DNA from: Basidiobolus meristosporus CBS 931.73 | Lineage: Eukaryota > Fungi > Basidiobolomycota | NCBI GenBank assembly: GCA_002104905.1 | Contig: MCFE01000562.1 | Span: forward strand, 1-57,783 | Direction: 5' to 3' | Length of the DNA stretch: 57,783 bases | Shown: positions 11,509-23,799 of the stretch, one piece after another | How positions within the stretch are numbered: the first letter of the stretch is position 1 | Layout: every line of letters begins with the position of its first letter | Position numbers and translations under genes: made by a program | The notes under the pieces: model-generated | Seen by the model: only the letters and a program-made list of their open reading frames with translations | The model's database searches: none | What the model was told of the DNA's origin: nothing

Positions 11509-14500
11509 GGCTATGAGCCCCAAGCTGTTACTCTCTGCAATATCTAATACTGATATTACTAGAATTTTCCCTCTGCTGAATGTTGGATGGATCTAACTAC
11601 CAAGGGTGGGAGGTGAAGATGAAGATGCTGCTATAAGAAAGAAGCCTTTGGGATATTCTCATGGGAGAAGAATGCCCTCCTAAAAATATGGGAGAGCAAT
11701 TCCTCAAGTACCAGTCAAAAGAGCAAAGCACCATTAACTGCATATGCCTTAATATCAGAGACAGATTGCCAATTCAATGCTCAAAAGCAAAAATGGCAAA
11801 GAATGCCTGGCAGGGATTAGAAGACACCTACTAGTCATATTTAGATGCCAAAAGTATGTATCTTAGACAAAAATTATTTACTACAAAGATGCTGTCAGGA
11901 GAAGAAATGAAAAATCTAATTAACAGAATTACACTGCTGGTGAATGAGATGGAATTTGTGGTTGGACCAACTACTGATGAGGATGTGATAGTAGCCATCC
12001 TAAATATCCTGACAGACAGGTTCTAGGGCCTTGTATCAGCTCTGGTGTTCAGAACTAAAGATTTGGTCTTATATTATGTATATGGATGGCTCCTGGATGA
12101 AGGTTTAAGAAAACCAATTACCAATAAGAAGGAAGAAGAAATTGATTTAATAAGCAATGATAACCAACAAAAAATATACCCAACACCTTTTAAAGTCAAT
12201 AGCAACCTGATTTGCAACTACTACAAAAGGAAAGGACACACATCAGACCAGTGCTTCAAAAAGAGAGAGAGTCAGCAGAAAAAGCCTGAACATGGAAATG
12301 TTGCAACAACTGAAGATAGACTATTCATATCTGCTCTAATAAGACTGCAAATAAGGATTCTCATACATGTTGTATTGACTGTGGAGCATCTCAACACTTT
12401 ACACACCAAAAAGAACTTTTGACCCAATATTAAGAAATTCCAATTAAGAAGGTTTTCATGGGTAACAGTAGAACACTTTATGCAGTGTGAGAAGGAACTA
12501 TTTAAGTAAACCTTAGAAGCAGTGAAGGAAGCCAAGCACCAACCTTTGAAGAAGGACTCTTTATACCAGAAATAGTCAAGAACCTACTATCTGCAAGCAG
12601 GGCCACAGCAGAACAACTCAGTTTCAGCTTTGGCAATTCTGGATGCAGGATCACTGATCAAAATGGTGCCCATATTGCTTTTGGTACTGGAGATCAGAAT
12701 CTATACAGGTTGACCTATATTCCATCATATCTGGAGGCCAATATAACTAACTTAAATCAAGAAACATCAATGCTTTGGCACAGGAGATTTGGACACATCA
12801 ATTTTGATTATTTACACACAATGATCAAAGATCAGCTAATTTCTGTAGTAAAAATTGATCCCCCAGCTAATTTAGGGCACTGTGAAGCCTTCATTTATGG
12901 GAAACAAGCCAGACAGCTGTTCAAGAGCTATTGGTCAATTAAAACTAAGAAAAAATCAGATCTAATACACTCAGATATATGTGTACCTATGCAAAATTAA
13001 TCATAGGCGGAATGAAGTATTTAACAACTTTTATTGATGATTATACCAGATACATATGGGTCTACTTCATGGAGAGAAAGGAAGAAGCTCTTTTCAGGTT
13101 CAGGGAGTCTAAAGCTATGGTGGAGAGAGAAACTGGTGAAAAAATCAAGAAAATACACTCTGACAATGGTGGAGAATATATCTCAAAACTCTACATCCAC
13201 TTCTGCAAATTCCATGAGACTAAGCAGAGACTACTGTACCATACTCCCCACAGCAAAATGGAATAGCAAGATGTGCAAACAGATCAATAACAGATATGGC
13301 AAGATCTGTGATCCATGATCACATATTATCCTATGATTTTTGGGCAGAATCAGTTGCCACAGCTGTATACCTTAAAAATAGGAGTTATAACAGAACTCTT
13401 TGTGATTCTACTCCATTTGAAGCAAAAAGCGTAAAATGCATAATTCTGGGCTACTGCAATGAGAGTAAAGCATACAAGTTCTACAATACCATAGTAAGGA
13501 AGATGATCAAGTCCAGGGACATATTGTTTGATAAAAATGCAATATTTTCACAAAAAAAGACATTGGATGATGTTGCAAATCTGTTCTCAAGTTCACCAAT
13601 TGTCAGGATCAAATCACAGCAAAATGATGAGAATGTTTTTACTCCAGAGGAATCTACAACTGTGGTTAGCCCAAAGCAGAGCCCAGGAATATCCTGGAAG
13701 AGAACACTCCCGTATCAAATGCCTGGAGATCCAATGGGACAAGAAATAACCCAAAATACTATATCAATGAGGGTACAAACTTAGCCTATACCTATTCAGT
13801 TCATATTGATGAGCCCAAGGCTGCAAAAGAGGCCCTAAGTAGCCCTCAGACAAAGTTTTGGGGATCTGCAATGACTGAGGAATATGATGCCCTAATGGAA
13901 AATCACACTTGGGACTTAGTTAAATTACCAATCAACCAAAAATCTATTGGATGCAGATAGGTCTTTAGGACAAAATACAAGGCTGATGGTAAAACTGAAA
14001 TATGCAAAGCAAGACTTGTGGCCAAAGGATACTCCTAAACAAAAGGAATTGACTACACTGAGACCTTTGCACCTGTAGCCAGGTTGAGTTCTATCAGATA
14101 AATATTGGCTATTGCAGCCAAATATAAACATCTTATACAAGATATGGATGTGAAGCTGCATTTTGGAATGGAGAACTTGATGAGGACATGTATATGGACC
14201 AGCTTGATGGGTTTGTAGACCAAGATAACCCCCATTTGGTCTGCAAGCTCAAAAAGCTTTTATGGACTCAAACAATAACCTGGAGCCTGGAATTGCAAAA
14301 TAGATTCTTATTTGGAATCTTTGAGTTTCAAAAGTAGTAATGCAGACTATTGTGTATACTCTAAACCAGATAGAGCAAATCCAGTTCTACTAGCCCTATA
14401 TGTGGATGATCTCATTTTAGCCGCCAATAACCTAGAAACATTGGAAGAGACTAAATCCAGCCTATCTAGAGAGCTCAAGGTGTCCAATCTAGGAGAACTT

Positions 14501-15386
14501 GGTTAGTACTTAGGGATAAAGTTCTCCATAGAGAGAAGTACCCAGACTATCACCCTAAGCAATCCAAATATATTCAAGATAAACTAAAGAAGTACCAAAT
14601 GGAAGACTGTAAACTGTCAGCTACCCCAATGGAGACAAACCTTAACTTGGTCAAAACTCAACCAAATCAAGAGAGCTTGTTGTCATTGGAAAGCCCTAAC
14701 TCTCCTTATCAATTCATAGTTGGCAGTTTGATGTATACCATGCCTGGAATACATCCAAATATCTCATATTCAGTGAGAGTTGTCAGCCAGTATAATCAGA
14801 ACTATTGATCTGATCATATTGCAGCAGTTAAGCGGATTTTTAGATACCTAAAAGGAACTGCTGATATCTGCTTAAGATACACTTATAAAGATTTAGAACA
14901 GGATCTTGTGGGATACTCTAATGCTGATTGGGTACAAAATCTGGAAGACAGAAGATCCATCACAGGATACACTTTACTTTACTGTAAAGGAGAAATTTCA
15001 TCATATTCAAGAAAGCAACCAGCCATAGTGCTTTCTGCCACAGAGGCAGAATATGGCCACCTGTGAAGCTGCAAAAGAAGCAATACAGCTAAGGAAGCTT
15101 TTTAAAGATTTAGGCTTATGTCAAAAAATGCCTATTACTTTGTTTCAGGTTATTCAAGGATGTATCCAATTGGATAGAAAACCAACTTTTTATGCTAGAG
15201 CTCAGCACATAGATATTAAACATCATTTCATATGTGAGCTATAGAGAGTATCTTAGCTAACTTAGCCTACTATTCTACAGATGAAATGATTGCAGACATA
15301 TTCACCAAACCATTAGCTAGAGACAAGTTTGAATATCTTAGGTTGAAATTAGGACTAGTCAGTATGAAGATTTAGTTGAGTAGGCA

Positions 15387-15678
15387 TATTGTAAAAAACT
15401 TGTAATTCCACCTATATATTCACCTAACTTAGTCACATAGATCATTGCCTACAAATCCCAGAGAATACTGGCCAAAATTCTTGTTGGGATTTACTTAGAA
15501 TATTTTCACCAAAGTATCAGGTACCCAGATCATGAAAATTCTCAAAGTTGTTCAGACAGCCCTAAGCTTTGCATACATGTTCTTGCAACCATGGTAGGCC
15601 TATTCAATGTGTTTACTACTTTAAGACCATGTAAAAGTATATATACTACTTTTTCATTCAGCAAATCATTAAGTGAAA
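15387..15678 (+). repeat. Truncated 3' LTR of Copia copy A
   Basis: Follows a purine-rich tract (gagtagg). Matches the 5' LTR up to ...aaatcattaagtgaaa, then abuts the inverted LTR of copy B; roughly the last 55-60 bp are missing. Confidence 0.85.
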
Positions 15679-15680
15679 GC

Positions 15681-16029
15681 TGCTGTAAGAGTCTTGGAGA
15701 TATTAGAAGTGATTGGGATGACAAGTAGATTATGTGGTTTTCACTTAATGATTTATTGAATGTAAAAGTGGTATTTATACTTTTACACAGTCTTAGCATA
15801 ACAAGCATGTAGAATAGGTTAAGGAAGGTCCCAAGTACATGTGTGCAAAGTTTGGGGCTGTTTGGACAACTTTAAGAATTTTCATGTTCTGGGTACCTGA
15901 TATTTTGGTGAAAATATTCTAAGTAAATCCTGATAAGGAGTTTGGTCAGTATTCTCTAGGATTTGAAGGTAATGATCTAAGTGACTAAGTTAGGTGAATA
16001 TATAGGTGGAATTACAAATATTTACAACA
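15681..16029 (-). repeat. 3' LTR of Copia copy B (349 bp)
   Basis: Reverse complement begins TGTTGTAA and ends ACAGCA; homologous to 20388-20737. Confidence 0.9.
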
Positions 16030-18963
16030 CTCCCACTCAGCTAAATGCTCATACTGACTAGTCCTAATTTTGACCTAAGATATTCAAACTTGTCTCTAGC
16101 TAAAGGTTAGGTAAATATGTCTGCAAGCATTTCATCTGAAGAACAGTAAACTAAGCTAACTAAGTTATTCTCTATAGCTTCATATATGAAATGATGTCTA
16201 ATCTCTATGTGCTTAGTTCTAGCATGAAAAGTTGGATTTCCACCTAATTGTATACTTCCTTGATTATCTTGAAGTAAAGTAATAAGCATTTTTTGACATA
16301 GGGCTAAGTCTGTAAAAAGTTCTCCTAGCCACATTGCTTCTATTGTAGCTTCACAGGCAGCCAAATACTCTGCCTCTGTGGTAAAAAGTCCTATGGTTGG
16401 TTGCTTTCTTAAATTCCATGAAAGTGCTCCTTGACAGTAAAGAAAGGTGTATCCTATGGTGGATCTTCTGTCTTCCAAATTTTGTCCCCAATCAGCATCA
16501 GAGTATCCCACAAGGTCCTGTTCTGAGTCCTTATATGTGTATCTTAAGCAGATATCAGCAGTTCCTTTTAGGTATCTAAAAATCAGCTTAACTGCTGCAT
16601 TATGATCAGATCCATAGTTCTGATTATACTGGCAAACAACTCCCACTGAATATGATATATCTGGACATGTTCCAAGCATGATATAAATCAGGCTGTTGAC
16701 CATAGATTCATAAAGAAAGTCAGGGCTTTCAGATGGCACCAAGCTCTCTGGATTTGGTGGAGTTTTGTCCAAATTAGGCTTTGTCTCCATTGGGGTAGCT
16801 ATTGATTTACAGTCTTCCACTTAGTAGTTCTTTAGTATATCTTGAATATACTTGGATTGGCTTAGGGTAATAGTCTGGGTACTTCTGTCCATGGAGAACT
16901 TAATCCCTAAGTAGTAACTGAGTTCTCTTAGATTGGACATCTTGAACTCCTTAGATAGGCTGAATTTAGTCTCTTCCAATGTTTCTAGGTTATTGGCGGC
17001 TATAATAAGATCATCCACATATAGAGCTTATTGAACTGGATTTGCTCTATCTGGCTTATAGTATATACTATAGTCAGCATTACTCCTCTTGAAACTCAAA
17101 GATTCCAAATTAGAATCTATTTAGCAATTCCAGGCTGTTGGTGATTGTTTGAGACCTTAGAGAGACTTTTCAAGCTTGCAGGCCAAATGGGGGTTAGCTT
17201 GGTCAACAAACCCATCAGGCTGGTCCATATACAAGTCCTCATCAAGTTCTCCATTCAAAAATGCAGGTTGTACATTCATTTGATGAGCAAAAAACTTATA
17301 TATGGCTTCAATAGCCAATATTAATCTGACAGAATTAAACTTGGCTATAGGTGCAAAGGTCTCAGTATAGTCAAGTCCTTTTGTTTGAGAGTATCCTTTG
17401 GCCACAAGTCTTGCTTTGAGTCTTTCAACTGAGCCATCAACCTTGTATTCTGTCTTAAAGACCCATCTGCATCCAGTTAATTTTTAGTTGATTGGTAATT
17501 TGACTAAGTCCCAAGTTTGATTTTCCATCAGGGCCTGATATTCTGCAGTCATTGCAGAACTTCAAAACTTTGTCTGAGGGCTATTTAGGGCCTCTTTTAC
17601 AGTCTGGGGTTCATCAATATGGACTGAATAGGCATAGGCTAAGTTTGTACCCTCATTGATACAGTAATTTGGGCTATTTCTTGTCCAATTGGATCTCCAG
17701 GCATTTGATACTGGAATGATCATTTCTGGGATATTCCTGGACACTGATTCTGGCTGAACCATGGTTGTAGAGTCCTCTGTGGTGAAAAATTTTCATTGTT
17801 TTGCTCTGATTCAGTCCTGACAATTGGTGGATGTGGGATCAGATATTTGTCATCATCTGATGTCATTATTTGTGAAAGTTTTGAATTTTCATCAAACAAC
17901 ACATCCCTAGACTTGATTAGCTTCTTTGCTTTGGTATTGTAGAGTCTGTATGCTTTACTCTCATTGCAGTAGCCCAAAAATATGCATTTTACACTTTTTG
18001 GCTCAAATTTTGGCTGATTTCCAGGCAGTTTCTTGGCATATGCTGTACACCCAAATATTCTTAGATGTTCTGCACTTGGTCTGTATCCATACCATGCTTC
18101 AAGTGGAGTAGAACCACAAAGTATTCTGTTATAACTTCTATTTGTAAGATATACAGTAGTGGCAACTGATTCCACCCAAAAATCATAGGATAATTTTTGA
18201 TAATGGATCATAGATCTTGCCATATCAATTATTGATCTGTTAGCACATTCTGCTACTCCATTTTACTATGGGGAGTATGGTACAGTAGTCTCTTGCTTTA
18301 TCCCATGAATTTTGCAGAAGTGGATGAGGAGTTTAGAGGTATATTCTCTTCCATTGTCAGAGTGTATTTACTTGATTTTTTCACCAGTTTCTCTCTCCAC
18401 CACGGCTGTGAACTCCCTGAACTTAGACAGAGCTTCTTCCTTTCTCTCCATGAAGTAGACCCATGTGTATCTTGTATAATCATCAATTAAAGTGATTAAA
18501 TACTTCATTCCACCTTAGGATAAATTTTGCATAGTTCCACACAGATCTGAGTGAATAAGAACTAATTTTTTCTTAATTTGATCATCCTGGAGCAATTTAA
18601 TGGTTGTCTGGCTTGTTTCCCATATATGCAGGCTTCACAGTGCTCCAAATTGACTGGGGGATCAATTTTTACTCCAGAAATTAGCTGATCTTTGATCATT
18701 TTGCACAAATAATCAAAATTGATGTGTCCAAATCTCCTGTGCCAGAGCATTGGTGTTTCTTCATTTAAGTTACTTATATTGGCTTCCAAATATGATGGAA
18801 TATCAGTCAACTTGTATAGATTCTGATCTCTGATACCCAAAGCAATATGGGCACCATTTTGATCAGTAGTCTTGCATCCAGAATTGGCAGAGCTGAAACT
18901 GAGTGCTTCTGCAGTGACCTTGCTTAAAGATAGTAGGTTCTTTGCTATTTCTGGTACATAGAG

Positions 18964-19332
18964 TGTGAGTACTAAATGCAGTACCCACTCTTTGCCCAAG
19001 AGTTCTCCCCAGAGTCCTACCCAATGTCCCCCAGTATCCTCCCTATGATTCCCCCACGCACCCTCCCTGCTATCCCTACCCTTATCTAGTTTGAACACTT
19101 ACCATAACAGGAAGGTGTTCACACCCCTATTTTATAACACATTGTCTATTATCTAAGCCCCTCAAGTGATATATATATGTACCCAATTGAACCAAGACAA
19201 GAAGATTTGAACAAAATAAACACAAGTCTTTATTACCTTGCTACCTTCTATTGGAGGCTATTCTGAACCAAGTGGTACTGACTTGACCTACAGGCTCTCC
19301 CACTCACCAAGTACAGTCAGTAATAACCCACA
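18964..19332. mobile_element. Solo LTR (369 bp) of an unrelated family inserted in Copia copy B
   Basis: Termini TGTG...CACA flanked by a perfect 5-bp duplication TAGAG (18959-18963 and 19333-19337). Removing it restores the Copia peptide KEVLYV/PEIAKNLLS. Confidence 0.88.
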
Positions 19333-20387
19333 TAGAGTACTTCTTTAAAGGTCATTGTATGGCTTCCTTCACTGCTTCTTAGGTTTACTTGGATAGTTGC
19401 TTCTCCCACTGCATCAGGTGTTCCATTGTCACCCATGAAAACCTTCTTAATTGGAATTTCATGATATTGGGTAAAAAGTTCATTTTGGTGTGTAAAGTGT
19501 TGAGGTGCTCCAGAGTCAATATACCACATCTGAGAATCCTTGTTTGTGGTCATATTCAGTGCAGATATGAATAGTCTATCTTCAGTTGTTGCAGCATTTC
19601 CATATTCAGGCTTCTTTTGCTGATTATCTTTCTTTTTGAGACACCGGTCTGAAGTGTGTTCTTTCCTTTTGCAGTAGTTGCAGAACAGGTTGCTGTTGTC
19701 TTTGTAGGGTCTTGGGTACCTCCTTTGTTGGTTATCATTGCTTATTAAAGCATTTTCTTCTTCCTTCTTATTGGCACTTGATTTTCTTAATTTTTCATCC
19801 AGGAGCCTTCCATATACATGGTTTAAGGTCAAATCTTCAGTTCTGGACTCTAGGGCTGATACAAAGCCCTGAAACTTGTCTGTCAGGCTATTCAGGATGG
19901 TAACTATCACATCCTCATCAGTAATTGGTATGCCCACAGATTCCATCTCATCTACCAGCAGGGTAATTCTGTTGATTAGATTTTTCATATCTTCTCCTGG
20001 CAGCATCTTTGTAGTAAGGAGTTTTGTCTCAGATACATTTTCTTATCAGCTGAACATGACTGGTAGGTGTCTTCTAATGCTTTCCAGGCATTCTTTGCCA
20101 TTTTTGCTCTTGAGCATTGAATTAGCAATTTGTCCTTAACATTAAGGCAAATGCAGTTAAAGGTACTTTGTTCTTGCTTCTGGTACTTTAAGGCTTCCTC
20201 TCCCACATTTTTAGGAGGGCATTCTTCTCCCATGACAATATCCCAGAGGCCTCTTTCTTGCAGCAGCATCTTCATCTTCACCTTCCACACTTGGTAGTTA
20301 GATCCTTCCAACTTTTCAGCAGAGGGAAAAATTCCAGTAATAGCAGTAGTAGACATTGCAGAGAGTGACAGCTTGGGGCTCATAACC

Positions 20388-20737
20388 TGTTGTAAGAGTC
20401 TTGGAGATATATGGAAGTGATTGGGAGAACAAGTAGATTATGTGGTTTTCACTTAATGATTTATTGAATGTAAAAGTAGTATGTGTACTTCTACCTGGTC
20501 TTGGTATTACAAACACGTAGAATAGGTTAAGGAGAATCCCAAGTACATGTGTGCAAAGCTTGGGGCTGTTTGGACAACTTTGAGAATTTTCATGTTCTGG
20601 GTATCTGATGCTTTGATGAAAATTTTGTAAGGAAATCCCAACAAGGAATTTGGTCAGAATTCTCTAAGATTTGTAGGTAATGATCAAAGTGACCCAGTTA
20701 GGTGAATATTTAGGTGGAATTACAAATTCTTACAACA
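20388..20737 (-). repeat. 5' LTR of Copia copy B (350 bp)
   Basis: Reverse complement begins TGTTGTAAG, ends ACAACA and is directly followed by the PBS GGTTATGAGCCC. Confidence 0.9.
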
Positions 20738-20960
20738 CTCCAATGGTGTTGGTTGAAGTGTTTGTATGAGGAGCTATCCACAATAATTTGATGAGTCTTT
20801 TAACAGTTGGTCACATGCTGAATTTTGATGATACCAGGAATTTGTAAATATCAATCAGGAAAGTCAACTCCAGATTCTAGTAGCCAGTAATCAGAACCTA
20901 TACTGTGAAAATGATCTAAGAGTAAAGTAGCTAATTGAAAGCAACCTCACACTGATATAA
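20738..20960 (-). mobile_element. Upstream segment of the CACTA transposase separated by the Copia pair
   Basis: Minus strand reads QIIVDSSSYKHFNQHHW(S) right up to the Copia LTR, resembling the En/Spm D(G)..WKHF motif. It joins in-frame to LEGIYGHAFALVLDGF at 11161. Right boundary approximate (CpG reappears ~20965). Confidence 0.6.
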
Positions 20961-22809
20961 AAAGACGGATGCTGGCTTTACCAATGCTTTGGCTAATATT
21001 GAATTATTGGATGCAGGAATATCAGCATGAGTGGATGTGGTTTGGTTCACTACAATTTAAATATCCAGCTACGGCCAGTTGCTTGAACCGGAAAGCATAT
21101 TTTCAAATGATTTCCCAACACGTTACCAACAGCAATTTAGTCGAGAACTCACGTGGAAATATCAAGCAGAAGTGATTTGGGGCTAATTACAAGATCAGAT
21201 GATATGATGGATTGCTTAGGAGTTTCAGCAGTTGATTTTCACCGAAACTGATAGAAGTGTACCACCAAACCGACGTCCCGAGACAGTTTCTGCTACAACG
21301 CTCTACGCAGGTTGTACAACGATGCTTAGAGCCGGAGCTTCCCCATGTAGTCCTGTTGCCAGAGTGATGTCATTCGAAATATAGAGCTTGAGAATGTTTC
21401 TTTGTTTCTTGGATGGATTAGGTATTCCACTCCACTCTGGTGTCACCCAACCAGCTGCTGGTGGAACAAGGGATTCTATTACTTTTCGCTAATAGATCTT
21501 CTCTACTTGGCTGAAGTATATGCAAAAGCACCCAGGCAAACTGGTGCAAACTACCATAAATGCCAGGTGACGTTACCTCCCTGGCCCAATACCGTTCGCC
21601 CATCATTTAAGGTTTCAGTGCAAAGCAACAGGGCACCTTCAAACTGTGACACTAATCCGACATATGGCTATATGCTACTCCCATCGTGCATATTACTGCA
21701 GTATAGCCCAATCTGATCGCTCTCTATATGCAGATATTGGGACATTCCATCTATTCCCTCATGGGTGATTGAATGCGATCATTGGGGCTTTAGGGTCAAC
21801 TTTCGTATTAGTATGGTTTCGGCACTCCACTTCTCAGCAGAATCCGGGAAAGAGAGGCTCTTTCCGAGTACCAGGCCGTACCACCGGTGGAGTCATAAGA
21901 AGCCCTTGATCCACGGCGAATATCTCGGTGGGTATTGCGGTGTCCGGCAGAAACGTCAGAAAAGCTTAGAAAGGACCTCAAACCCCGTATACAACTGCGG
22001 CCAGAATCCCGGTTTGCGCATGGTTGTGTGTAGAGCTGTGCGTTGCCGACATATTAACGCAAGCCCCAACCTGCAGAGAACCTCTTTATTTTTTGCTTGG
22101 TTGCCTAGCAACTTGGGCCAAGATAGGCATTCCATAATTGGGGCGAACGTTCGCAATGTATGCGCTATTGGTAGGCTCGCTTCCATGTAGGAACTGCTTT
22201 GAGTCATGAACATACGTGGCTGGGAGCATGCACCCAGCATAGCATCGAACACCAGCCATGGTCGTTCCAAAAGAACATGGAAATTTCGAGCCACCACGAT
22301 GGAATTTCGATTTCCGTGGGTGGCCGATTGGCACCCTCCAATAGGACTACATATGGCTGACAGACCAATTGGCAGTTGGATCATTTGTAGGCTGCTTAGA
22401 TGATGGGGATCAAGATGTTTGTACGACCAAGTCCCTCCGGGAGTGGTAGTCAGGTAAGTGCTCATTGTATCACAGAGATTGGCCGGACGGTGGACTGTAG
22501 ACTGCATCTCTCCTATCCAATACGAGGGGATACCCCTCAGTTGAAGCTTTGCAGAAGTTGTTTATTCATGATTTTCTCACTCAATTCTGACCCCAATCCA
22601 GGAATATCATTGGCGAGTCACGAAAAACGGGTGGATCGCTCATGGACAGCAAACGCGGTCGGATTTGAGGTGAGAGGGCTATATTATGATATATTGGTGA
22701 TGTGGAGGATATTTGGATAACAATTACATTGGAGGGCAACTATGTTGTTCGTATATTACACGTTCGTAACATCCACTCGGCCACGCAGAAGTGGGGATAC
22801 AGACAGCTT

Positions 22810-23799
22810 TCAGTCGTCTAGCAGGAAGGAGTCTTTCAAGGATGGCCCGAAGTTGTATCGAGAGCCGAACTTCTCTGTTCTGAAACTAGGTACGCCGGTG
22901 GGGTCATCTGGGGAGTTCGGCTCCTTCTTCAGCCCGATCGGCCTGTCTTCAGGCGATCTCTTGTTGACCTTGACCCGATCAAACACGAAGTCCACCCGAT
23001 AGTTCATCCCGTCGTTGCTATCCCAGAAGATCTGATCCCCCACCTGATACTTCACCGCAAAGAACATCGACTGCTTATTCGGCAAGATGCGGTTGAGCCG
23101 ATTACTAAGGTCGATCCGAAACTTGAATCGGTCGATCCCGCCATGGTCTGACCTGACCAACGAGTCCACGTAGTCAGCGTTGGTTTCGTCCACGCTTTTC
23201 CAATAGTTGAATGTATACCGGATGGTGATCACCTTGTAATAGCTTAGGTTTTGTACCTTGATCAGCCCTCTTAAGTCGTTCTCGTCTGGCGACAGGTCAA
23301 TCTTGTCGACGAGCACTGGTCGGGAATCACTCATGGTTCGGGCGTATATGCTAGGGGGGAAGTTGGGCAGTCGGATGGAAAGCCTGAGTTTCGTCTCGAC
23401 CTCGGGCTCGTTCTCCTCATCGGAGGAATTGGAATCTTCCACATCGGAGCTGGGATTCGAGATGACTTCAGGCCTTTCCCCCTGTTTGAATAACTTGATG
23501 TGCTCCAAGCTGGCGCCAAAGTGGACAAACTTTGTTGGAGTGGTAGGTTGCGAGCGCGAGTTACCTTTCAGCACGGGCTTTACCACCTCCCCACTCCGTT
23601 TGCGCAGCAGGGGCGGTGGTGGAATGGGGATTTTCATTCGCGGCTTTCGCGTTTGCCAACTGTGGAGTAAAGCCTCCGGGTCACTGGGTGAAACCGAGAG
23701 AGAACTCAGGGAGAAGGAGAGTCCATTGTCACTGGGCTCGATGATTCTAGGCTTGGTCTCGTCGGTCATTTTCCGACTGTCTCCATAGTGAACACTCAT
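22810..23799 (-). CDS. PP1 glycogen-targeting regulatory subunit with CBM21 domain (Gac1/Gip2/Pig1-like)
   Basis: 329-aa single ORF. RVxF-type motif KFVHF after RKRSGEVVKPVLK. CBM21 signatures GLIKVQNLSYYKVITIRYTFNYW and FFAVKYQVGDQIFWDSNDGMNY. C-terminal FGSRYNFGPSL motif. Confidence 0.9.
   Translation of the reverse strand: MSVHYGDSRKMTDETKPRIIEPSDNGLSFSLSSLSVSPSDPEALLHSWQTRKPRMKIPIPPPPLLRKRSGEVVKPVLKGNSRSQPTTPTKFVHFGASLEHIKLFKQGERPEVISNPSSDVEDSNSSDEENEPEVETKLRLSIRLPNFPPSIYARTMSDSRPVLVDKIDLSPDENDLRGLIKVQNLSYYKVITIRYTFNYWKSVDETNADYVDSLVRSDHGGIDRFKFRIDLSNRLNRILPNKQSMFFAVKYQVGDQIFWDSNDGMNYRVDFVFDRVKVNKRSPEDRPIGLKKEPNSPDDPTGVPSFRTEKFGSRYNFGPSLKDSFLLDD

Larger units (their letters stand above)
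11162..15678 (+). mobile_element. Ty1/Copia LTR retrotransposon copy A, degenerate, 3' LTR truncated
   Basis: 5' LTR 11162-11508 (TGTTG...AACA) and PBS GGCTATGAGCCC at 11509-11520. Gag zinc knuckle (CNYYKRKGHTSDQC), GAG-pre-integrase (LWHRRFGHIN), integrase (TTFIDDYTRYIW, SDNGGEY), RT (LYVDDLI) and RNase H (RAQHIDIKHHFI) remnants in Copia order, broken by many stops and frameshifts. 3' LTR 15387-~15678. Confidence 0.92.
15681..20737 (-). mobile_element. Ty1/Copia LTR retrotransposon copy B, same family as copy A, degenerate
   Basis: LTRs at 20388-20737 and 15681-16029. PBS GGTTATGAGCCC at 20376-20387 (minus) and PPT-like GAGTGGGAG next to the 3' LTR. Gag (KLEGSNYQVWKVKM, CNYCKRKEHTSDRC), protease (WYIDSGAPQH), integrase, RT (GLDYTETFAP, DDLII) and RNase H (DNQGSI..HARTKHIEIRHHF) fragments. 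Confidence 0.94.

Noticed and set aside
11162-20737. RIP as the cause of Copia degeneration
   Set aside because: CpA and TpG remain plentiful while CpG is what is missing, which is the opposite of the canonical RIP signature.
15676-20742. Clean nested insertion of Copia B into the 3' LTR of Copia A
   Set aside because: The missing end of copy A's LTR does not reappear after 20737 and the flanks (AAAGC vs CTCCA) form no TSD.
21765-22720. Cluster of overlapping 65-183 aa ORFs on both strands
   Set aside because: No domain signatures; lies downstream of the CBM21 gene and is best read as 3' UTR or intergenic sequence.
23258-23788. 176-aa plus-strand ORF
   Set aside because: Antisense to the CBM21 gene.
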